Origin: an uncultured Syntrophobacteraceae bacterium
GTDB taxonomy: Bacteria > Desulfobacterota > Syntrophobacteria > Syntrophobacterales > Syntrophobacteraceae
Reading direction: 5' to 3'
DNA: 64,000 bases
Assembly (NCBI GenBank): GCA_964578835.1
Contig: CAZOEL010000018.1
Coordinates: 5,088 to 69,087 of the forward strand
Below are positions 48,881-55,726 of the stretch, piece after piece. A program made the position numbers and the translations under genes. Below the pieces are notes generated by a model. That model made no database searches. It had not been told where the DNA came from and saw only the letters and a program-made list of their open reading frames with translations. How positions within the stretch are numbered: position 1 is the stretch's first letter; each line of letters starts with the position of its first letter.

Positions 48881-49218
48881 ACAGTTTCCTTTCCAGATGA
48901 TTTAGCGAGAGAATGCAAGCTGTGAAATCCTCTCGCATAGCAGCGCATAAAACATTAGATTATTATCAACTTTCCATTCTCATGTCAAAATTATCGACTA
49001 GAGAAGTGGAAAAATGGAAGATTCTATTTTACGTTTTGGCTTTCTGACGAACGGGTTTAGGATTATTATTCATTCGGAGCCTCACAGCGCTTCTTGCGAA
49101 AACGGGTCCAGGCGATGGAAAGACAGGGCGTCTCCGTCGCAAAGGTGAGGGGAGTTTCCGAAGCTTTTGAAGCTCCAGAAACAAATGGTCAAGATGATGG
49201 AAGAAACGTGTAAGGCGA

Positions 49219-49373
49219 CTCACAACAAATAACCTACCAGGAAGAGGGATTTTGTCATACCGGCATGTCTTTAGCCGGTATCCAACCCAGCGTAAGACCT
49301 GGATTCCGGCTTGAAGACTGCCGGAATGACGGTGGGTGTTTCTGAACCACTTTGGCAGGTTATTTGTTGTGAG
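49219..49373. mobile_element. MITE-like 155-bp unit: 20-bp terminal inverted repeats enclosing repeat copy B
   Basis: CTCACAACAAATAACCTACC (49219..49238) versus the reverse complement of GGCAGGTTATTTGTTGTGAG (49354..49373) matches at 19 of 20 positions by eye. No transposase is present. Confidence 0.35.
49260..49332 (+). repeat. Structured 73-nt interspersed repeat, copy B
   Basis: Same orientation as copy A. Outside the 13-nt central loop about 56 of 60 positions are identical by eye. Confidence 0.8.
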
Positions 49374-49391
49374 CGGCCTAATAGAAAGGTG

Positions 49392-49925
49392 ATGGATATG
49401 CCCTCTGAAACGGTGGAAGGGCTTTCAGCCAGTCTGGAAGACTATCTCGAAGTCATTTACCACCTGGAACAGTCAAACCGGGTTGCTCGGGCCAAAGACA
49501 TAGCCGATCAAATGAATGTTCAGCGCGCCTCTGTAACCGGAGCGCTCAAATCTTTGGCGGGAAGAGGACTGATAAATTACAGTCCCTACAGCTTCATCAC
49601 CCTTACCAGCGAGGGTCGAACCATTGCGCGGGATATTATTCATCGCCACGATACTTTGAAGCGCTTCTTCATGAATACGCTGCAACTGGACCCGGAACAG
49701 GCGGAAGCAAACGCCTGCCGCATCGAGCACGCCATCGACCTCATGGCCATCGACAGGCTGGTTCGCTTCCTGGAGTTTCTTCAGATCTGCCCACGCACGG
49801 GCATAGACTGGTTCGACGCCTTCGCCAGGTTTTGCAAAAAAGGAGCCCAAACTTCCAGTTGCGAGAAGTGCCTCAAAGAATGCCTCCAGCAGGTCTTGGA
49901 GTCGGAAGCCAAAAGCAAGGAATGA
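49392..49925 (+). CDS. DtxR/MntR-family metal-dependent transcriptional regulator with Cys-rich C-terminal tail
   Basis: LEDYLEVIYHLEQ...ARAKDIADQMNVQRASVTGALKSLAGRGLI (wHTH) followed by the dimerisation/metal domain (HRHDTLKRFF...EHAID). The start is ATG 49392 or 49398. The C-terminus carries five extra cysteines. Confidence 0.85.
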   Translation: MDMPSETVEGLSASLEDYLEVIYHLEQSNRVARAKDIADQMNVQRASVTGALKSLAGRGLINYSPYSFITLTSEGRTIARDIIHRHDTLKRFFMNTLQLDPEQAEANACRIEHAIDLMAIDRLVRFLEFLQICPRTGIDWFDAFARFCKKGAQTSSCEKCLKECLQQVLESEAKSKE

Positions 49926-49929
49926 TTTT

Positions 49930-50808
49930 CTATGCTTTTTCGTCCGGCGGCCCTCCCTTAACGGAGGAACGCACAACGAAATCCAAAAAGGCGGAGCTTT
50001 CCTCATACGCGCCGCCGCAGAAGTCTTTTCCTAAATGCTTGGAGCTTTGCTCGAAGTCTTTGATGAAAGCATCCAAATCTGCATCATCATACCATTTGTC
50101 GTAAGATTCCAACCCTTGTTTGAGCTGATCCAGGATTTCCCTCGTATATGGATTCATCTTGGCGATGGCGGAATAGAGCTCGGGACTCTGGGAAAACATT
50201 CTTCCGACCAAGTTTATTTCCATCCTGTAAATGGGGCTGGTGTAAGCCATGGTCTCCGCAATATCAACCCCGAGCTCCCTCAGAACCCTGCCCTTCAGCA
50301 TTGTCAGCATATGGAAAAGCACCTGAATGATGCTCATCATGCGGTCATGCTCCTCGGGGGCGCATTCTTTGACCCGGATTCCGGCATCGGTAAAGAGCCT
50401 CGCGATGCGCCGCCACATCGAAGGCTCGATGCGCACGGGACAAGCCACCATGCTCTGTCCCGCAAAGGTCTCTATCCTTCCGCCAAACATCGGGTGCAGC
50501 CCCAGCACGGATGCTCTGGAAGCAAGCATTTCCTTAACGGTCGCAACTTTGAGGCTCGTCAGATCGATAAGCAGTTGATCGGGACGCGTATGCGGGACAA
50601 GCTCCCGAATAATGTCCACCGAGAGGTGGAGAGGGACCGCGAACACTACGATATCCGACGCCTCCACGGCTTGGCGGCTACTGAGCCCCGTTTGTAGGTC
50701 GGCTACTTCAACCCGATACCCGCGTTCCCGGAAAAAGGCGGAAAAAAGCCGTCCCATCTCTCCCAAGCCTCCGATTACTCCCACAGCAGAACCAGGCCCC
50801 CACTGCAT
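49930..50808 (-). CDS. tyrA: Prephenate dehydrogenase
   Basis: VGVIGGLGEMG Rossmann motif, DLTSLK, GLHPMFG, EEHDRMMSIIQVLFH and SPIYRMEINLVGR. ATG 50808 has the best RBS (GAGGA, 7-nt spacing). In-frame alternatives are 50868, 50931 and 50949. Confidence 0.85.
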   Translation of the reverse strand: MQWGPGSAVGVIGGLGEMGRLFSAFFRERGYRVEVADLQTGLSSRQAVEASDIVVFAVPLHLSVDIIRELVPHTRPDQLLIDLTSLKVATVKEMLASRASVLGLHPMFGGRIETFAGQSMVACPVRIEPSMWRRIARLFTDAGIRVKECAPEEHDRMMSIIQVLFHMLTMLKGRVLRELGVDIAETMAYTSPIYRMEINLVGRMFSQSPELYSAIAKMNPYTREILDQLKQGLESYDKWYDDADLDAFIKDFEQSSKHLGKDFCGGAYEESSAFLDFVVRSSVKGGPPDEKA

Positions 50809-51028
50809 TGGTTTGTCCTCGCCATTCTCCCGGCGCTCGCGATCGGACACAAAGCTTTCTTCTCTCATAGGATTCCAACGCCTCGCTTGGACCTTCTTTT
50901 GATAATATCCATGATCTTCTTCGCCTCTCATTCCGCTAGTTCGAATCAACTCTCATTGTAGAACAACAAAACGCTGTCTCACTCCTTACAACCGGCTCAT
51001 GGGCAGACATCGCCCACAAAATAAAAAA

Positions 51029-51056
51029 GCCGTGGAAGCTTTGAGGCATCCACGGC
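51029..51056 (-). terminator. Rho-independent terminator (candidate attenuator) between the leader ORF and tyrA
   Basis: 8-bp GC-rich stem GCCGTGGA/TCCACGGC with a 12-nt loop. It is flanked by an A-run and a T-run. On the minus strand the stem is followed by TTTTTTAT. Confidence 0.6.
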
Positions 51057-51082
51057 TTTTGGCAACAATCTTCGCACAGCTA

Positions 51083-51157
51083 TCAGCAGCGCACGCCTCC
51101 GTCATCACGGTAAAAACCGCTCCAGTAATAGCAATAATAATAACACGGGCTGTTCAT
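51083..51157 (-). CDS. 24-codon Tyr/aromatic-rich leader-type micro-ORF (MNSPCYYYCYYWSGFYRDDGGVRC)
   Basis: Hand translation; the ORF is below the ORF-track length cut-off. GGGAG lies 8 nt upstream of ATG 51157. There are 6 Tyr, 1 Trp and 1 Phe codons. A terminator follows 27 nt after the stop, and tyrA is next on the same strand. Confidence 0.45.
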   Translation of the reverse strand: MNSPCYYYCYYWSGFYRDDGGVRC

Positions 51158-51193
51158 GGCTCTCGCTCCCATCTGCTTTTAGCGTGAGCGATC

Positions 51194-51223
51194 ACCATAG
51201 TTCAAGGCAAAGCGGAGTGTCAA
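51194..51223 (-). promoter_or_regulatory. Sigma70-like promoter for the leader ORF/tyrA unit
   Basis: On the minus strand: TTGACA (51223..51218), an 18-nt spacer, then TATGGT (51199..51194). The -10 is about 37 nt upstream of the leader ATG. Confidence 0.4.
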
Positions 51224-51277
51224 GGCTTTTGGCCAAACGCTCACGCAGCAACTCTTCAAAAGGCGAAAGACAGACGA

Positions 51278-51574
51278 TCAACCAAGATATACAAACACGT
51301 ATTCCCGATCGTTGATGTCAACGACGATCCTGCCGCCTCTCGATTCAGCATAGACAAGCCATCCAGGCTTTTTGCCATTGCATCACTCAACTCTTGGCGA
51401 AAATTCGCCGGATTTCTTATCGAACCACGCCAACAGCATGGCGTCGGGATTAACCTCCAGAGCTTTACCATCGGCCAGCGTCCTGGCGGCCGAGAAGGTG
51501 AGATCCCGATCGGGCGCATTCACGCACACAGGAGAATTCAACATTTCACGGGTAAGCTCGACGCAGGGAGACAT
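51278..51574 (-). CDS. Candidate selenoprotein (98 codons) with in-frame TGA-TGC (U-C) motif
   Basis: ATG 51574 follows AAAGGA with 6-nt spacing. The frame is open except for TGA at 51385..51383 and ends at TGA 51280..51278. Product: MSPCVELTREMLNSPVCVNAPDRDLTFSAARTLADGKALEVNPDAMLLAWFDKKSGEFSPRVE-U-CNGKKPGWLVYAESRGGRIVVDINDREYVFVYLG. Confidence 0.55.
51356..51370 (-). promoter_or_regulatory. SECIS-like hairpin downstream of the in-frame TGA
   Basis: In the mRNA, AAGCC-UGGAU-GGCUU starts 13 nt after the UGA. The apical loop contains GG. Flanking A/U pairs could extend the stem with bulges. Confidence 0.35.
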
Positions 51575-52027
51575 AGATTTTCCTTTCCATGTTGAGTATA
51601 GATGACTTGAGCTTCCATAAAAGAGCATCTTGCCGATCCGCCTCTTTTATCTTTACTCACAAAATACATTATCCATTAGTGCCAAAATACTCTCTTGACC
51701 GTATATCATCACACTGCACTCATGATGTAAAGTGGCTCCCAGATACCCCCATATGCTTCAACCGCCCTTTGCACCATCGAGTAAAACCACAGCGCCAGGA
51801 GGCCGGGTCCCCCTCCCCGGCCTCTCGCCCGCCCCTGAGCGCGAGCCTTCACTTGATCGAAATGCCGCATTTTCACAGGCATTCTCCTTTGAAGCATTCT
51901 CTTTCATAGGCGGCAAGACGCTGCCCAACAACAACATTCTTATTCCTCAATATGAGAACTACTGATTATTGACTCGTCAATCTGGTTAGTACATGTTATT
52001 TGCATTAGTAACGGTTGACCGGCGGGG

Positions 52028-52052
52028 ATTGGTTCGATCCCAATGGCCGATG
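52028..52052 (+). other. tRNA 3'-portion-like fragment (canonical T-arm plus acceptor-like tail), no complete tRNA
   Basis: ATTGG-TTCGATC-CCAAT (5-bp stem, 7-nt GTTCGATCC-type loop) followed by GGCCGATG. No complementary 5' acceptor strand, D-arm or anticodon arm was found upstream. Confidence 0.4.
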
Positions 52053-52163
52053 AATTAGCGGCCACCATGAACGAGACACTGCAGTAAGACGCGAAGTGAG
52101 CAAAAAGGGAGCTTCCCCCTGGCATCAAGCTCAGGTGGAACAGGTTGAATAGGAGAGGACATA

Positions 52164-52592
52164 TTGAAGACGAATACAACACCCTTGGTAGTAATGGCAG
52201 ACGATGACGACGACGATTGTATGCTTGCCAAGGACGCCTTTGCAGAAAGTCTCGCCCCGGGCGCCATTCACTGTGTTGAGGATGGCATAGAGCTTTTGGA
52301 TTATCTCGAAGGCATCGAAGAGGATGGAATCAACGACCGAAAAGATCTTCCAGCCCTGATTCTGCTCGATCTGAACATGCCAAGAAAGGATGGACGTCAG
52401 GCTCTCAAGGAAATCAAGTCGACTCCCGCTTTTCAGGGCATCCCGATTGTTGTGCTCACCACATCCAGAGAGGAAAGAGACATCATCTTCAGTCGCGAGA
52501 TGGGCGCCAACAGCTTCATAACCAAGCCCGCAACCTTTGACGAGTGGGTGGATATGATGAAATCTCTAGTGGAAAAATGGCTCCTCTATTAA
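52164..52592 (+). CDS. Stand-alone response-regulator receiver protein (CheY/Rcp1-like)
   Basis: 142 aa with a TTG start after AGGAGAGG. Has the acidic pocket DDDDDD, the phospho-acceptor context LILLDLNMP, plus LTTS and KP. Confidence 0.85.
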   Translation: MKTNTTPLVVMADDDDDDCMLAKDAFAESLAPGAIHCVEDGIELLDYLEGIEEDGINDRKDLPALILLDLNMPRKDGRQALKEIKSTPAFQGIPIVVLTTSREERDIIFSREMGANSFITKPATFDEWVDMMKSLVEKWLLY

Positions 52593-52610
52593 CTTTTTGT
52601 CCTTCATTCA

Positions 52611-54125
52611 TCAGTTTGGATCGTCGCAGTCATTATACCCGCATGATTTGAAAATATTGAGGATAGTATTGATCACATATGATTCTTCTTCATATCGGAA
52701 AGCTTGGTTGAGGGCCTTCGTCACTTCCGCTATTCTTTCATAAGCGCTGGCGACGCCGTCCGCGAAAAAGCGCATATTTTTCAAGGTCATCTGGATTTGA
52801 GATATGGCTTCATGCGGGCTGCGCCCCAGAGCAAGCTCTTCGACCAATTCGTCGAGAAACGCCATCTCTTCCATAACGCCGTCTTTAGAGCCAAGAAGGT
52901 GCATGAGGTGCGTATTGAGGTAATGACACATACTTCCCGCCGCATTACGCAGGACTCTGTTCCGTTGCTCCTCCAGGGCTCTCGAGATATTCTGCGCAAT
53001 TCCTTCATGGTAAAGGAAGCCGCCCCCGTCGTCGGTCTTGACCCGCGCTGTAATGGCAACTTCGATCGCTTCTCCGGTCTTGTCTCGAAATCTAACGTGC
53101 TTCCCTTCGATGCGACCTTTACCGTAAAGCTCCTGGATCAAATCCTCCCTTTCCGCAAGGTCCACGTAGAAATCTTTTACATTGCTCGCAAGCGCAATTT
53201 CTTTATTCTCGAAGCCTAGAAGCTTCATACCGGCGTTGTTGATATCGAGAAATCTCCCGTCGGCAGACAGCGTAAACGCCATATCGCTCGTTGATTCGAA
53301 AAAATCTCTGTACTTCGCTTCGTTCTGCCTGAGAGCTTCAATGGCTTTCCTCTCCTCTGTGATGTCCTTGATGACATGATCAATCCTCCGAATGGCTCCC
53401 CTGGAGGTATAAACCACATGCCCTTCATCGCGCACCCATTTCACCCTTTTGTCGCTGCTGATGATTCTATACTGCGTCTCATCAAATTCGGCTTCGGGCA
53501 AATTGTCGTAGAATTGCTTCACTTTTACCAGGTCGTCGGGATGCACGAAGCTCATGATGTGGCTTTCCCCACTGGTAAAATCCCTGGCGGGGACGCCATA
53601 GAGAGCTTCGGCTGCGGGATTGATCGCAAGTATCCAGTAACCGTTCGGCGATATGGAGACAACGACTTCACTCATGGACTGAAGTATGCTTTCGAACCGG
53701 TCCTTGATCCTTTCCAATTCTATTCGGGTCTTGCGCCGCTCCGTGATGTCCGTCAGCGCGCCGAGAATCGCAGGGGCGCCTCCGCATTCGATGACGCTTA
53801 CTTTCATCTCGATGATCGCGTCCCCATCCTCTCTCGGCATGGAGAACTCGATCCGATCAGAAAGACGGTCAGTAAAGAGCCGCTCGGTGCAGTATCGGGC
53901 GACTCTCTCCCGATCCACCGCCGACAGAAAACTCGAAAAGTCCGCCTTGAAGACCTGTTCCGGGCTTCTTCGCGAGATTTCGCAAAAACTGTTGTTTGCA
54001 AAGACTATTTTGCCTTCCCTTATGATGACGACGCCCTCGTTGATATGCTCCACAACACCCCGGTAATCGATGTCCCCCTGGCATATCCTTATCTCTTGAG
54101 CATCCTCGAATGTATTACGCCTCAT
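52611..54125 (-). CDS. Multi-PAS-domain sensor protein without recognisable output domain
   Basis: 504 aa with an AGAGGA RBS. Three PAS-like units are present (…VVIIREGKIVFANNSF…, …WILAINPAAEALYG…, …RFLDINNAGMKLLG…). The C-terminal ~120 aa has no HisKA/HATPase, GGDEF or HTH motif that I can see. Confidence 0.8.
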   Translation of the reverse strand: MRRNTFEDAQEIRICQGDIDYRGVVEHINEGVVIIREGKIVFANNSFCEISRRSPEQVFKADFSSFLSAVDRERVARYCTERLFTDRLSDRIEFSMPREDGDAIIEMKVSVIECGGAPAILGALTDITERRKTRIELERIKDRFESILQSMSEVVVSISPNGYWILAINPAAEALYGVPARDFTSGESHIMSFVHPDDLVKVKQFYDNLPEAEFDETQYRIISSDKRVKWVRDEGHVVYTSRGAIRRIDHVIKDITEERKAIEALRQNEAKYRDFFESTSDMAFTLSADGRFLDINNAGMKLLGFENKEIALASNVKDFYVDLAEREDLIQELYGKGRIEGKHVRFRDKTGEAIEVAITARVKTDDGGGFLYHEGIAQNISRALEEQRNRVLRNAAGSMCHYLNTHLMHLLGSKDGVMEEMAFLDELVEELALGRSPHEAISQIQMTLKNMRFFADGVASAYERIAEVTKALNQAFRYEEESYVINTILNIFKSCGYNDCDDPN

Positions 54126-54212
54126 TGGTTTCCTCTATGCTTCCGCTGGCTCCGCCGCCTCTTCAGCACACGGGTCAGCCGCTGTGAGTCAGCGTCACAA
54201 ATGTCAAAGGGC

Positions 54213-55694
54213 TCATCCCCTCGCAATCCATTCGGCCAAAATCGGTATTGAAGCGACGGGCTCCAAAAAGGAAGTCCACTCACACTGGGCGGTCAGCTCC
54301 ACACCGTCCCGGATAACGGATACGGGCCTATCGGAAGATACCACAATAACCACCACATTTGCATGCTTTGCGGTGAATCTCAGAGCGGAGTTGAAGCGCG
54401 CCCCTCGAGCCCTGTTCTCGCCGGGAACCGCAGCGCCGTCCATAAGACAGGCGAAGGCGTACAGATGCAGATCCGCTCGGATATGGAGCGAGCCGTCGAG
54501 CTTCGCCAGCGATGTAGCCAGCTCCAGGAACCGCGGCTCCCGGAGATCCAGCGGCGCTTCAATCTGCTGCCCGGAGATCGGAGTGCAGGAGTCGTTCAGG
54601 TCTATCACAATCGAGCAGCCGTACTGATTGTCGCAAGCCTCGCAGACAATCTGGGAGATGATTTTGAAGAGGATATGGATAACGGAGGGGTCGACGTTGA
54701 GCTCGATCAGAGTCTCCTCGAGGACGACCAGGTTCGGCTTGCGCGTGGATGAATGATATCTCCCTTCCGAGAAGCTGCAGACCATTTTTTCGGCAAACCG
54801 CAGGAATCCATATCCGCCCATGTAATCGGCCGTGATATTGCACTCGGGAATGGGATCGGCGGCGATTCCCACAACGTTCTCCCCGTCTGAGACGACTCTC
54901 CTGTCAGAGTGCTCCACAGCCAGCAGGAGCTTTCTGACATATTTATAATTCTTGAGACTCGGCCTCTCGTATGGAGGAAAACGTGTCAGAAAATCCATCT
55001 CTTCCAGAGATCCCGGCTCCACAAAAACCAGCATCCCACGGGGCCATGAGCCTTCCTCCTGGGTCTTGGAAATCCCCAGAATCGCATCGAGGATCGGGTA
55101 GACTTCCAGATGGACATCCCACCCGAAACGGATGTTCATTTCATCTCGAATATAATCCCTAACCGCATGAGTTGCATACTCTCGTAAAACGTAACTGGAA
55201 GTTCCGATATAGCTCCCCTGATTGGCGAAGTCATGGGCGAGGAGACAGACGGCGTGCTCGAGCCATCTTTCGATGGGTCCAATGGAGCACATGTCCGGGT
55301 GGTGCTCGGTAAACCACATCTGATAGAAAAAGGAGCGAGTCCTTCCTCCGTATGAAATCAGGCCGGCAAGCTGCAGATTCTTCTCCGGATCGATTATGCC
55401 GCAGAAACGGTCGCCAATGTATCGAGCCGGGATTTTTCGCCAATGGTCGGAATCGAGGTAGAGCTCTTTTAGCTTCGGCTCGTGGCCTCTGAGCAGGTCT
55501 TGGGGATCGTAGATGGATATCGGGTCCTCAGGCTTTTCCGCAAACAGCAGAGCTGCGCGGCTGGGTCCAGAGAAGTGAGAGATGCCTTCGCAAAGGCCGT
55601 CCAACACATGGTACATGCACAATTTCTTGGAAGGATCGTTGATTATCAACCAGTCTCTCCATAACGCAGAAAAATGAGGGCAGCCTCCGGACAT
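54213..55694 (-). CDS. DisA_N (diadenylate cyclase)-like domain protein with degenerate catalytic motifs
   Basis: 493 aa. The C-terminal ~130 aa align by eye with the DAC fold: GCSIVID / LDGSLHI / GARFNSALRFTAKHANVVVIVVSSDRPVSV versus GALIVIE / HDGAVI / GTRHRAA..VSEETG. DGA is replaced by DGS and RHR by RFN. The N-terminal ~330 aa are unassigned. Confidence 0.6.
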   Translation of the reverse strand: MSGGCPHFSALWRDWLIINDPSKKLCMYHVLDGLCEGISHFSGPSRAALLFAEKPEDPISIYDPQDLLRGHEPKLKELYLDSDHWRKIPARYIGDRFCGIIDPEKNLQLAGLISYGGRTRSFFYQMWFTEHHPDMCSIGPIERWLEHAVCLLAHDFANQGSYIGTSSYVLREYATHAVRDYIRDEMNIRFGWDVHLEVYPILDAILGISKTQEEGSWPRGMLVFVEPGSLEEMDFLTRFPPYERPSLKNYKYVRKLLLAVEHSDRRVVSDGENVVGIAADPIPECNITADYMGGYGFLRFAEKMVCSFSEGRYHSSTRKPNLVVLEETLIELNVDPSVIHILFKIISQIVCEACDNQYGCSIVIDLNDSCTPISGQQIEAPLDLREPRFLELATSLAKLDGSLHIRADLHLYAFACLMDGAAVPGENRARGARFNSALRFTAKHANVVVIVVSSDRPVSVIRDGVELTAQCEWTSFLEPVASIPILAEWIARG

Positions 55695-55726
55695 TTCGGA
55701 TCGTCGATCGACATGAGCAGCATCTC

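Noticed and set aside
51083-51085. Reading the TGA that ends the Tyr-rich micro-ORF as selenocysteine. This would give a …RC-U C-terminus, because TAG follows immediately.
   Set aside because: The idea arises only because a selenoprotein candidate is nearby. No SECIS-like hairpin lies at the right distance. The only downstream hairpin is the T-run terminator. The leader-peptide interpretation explains all the elements.
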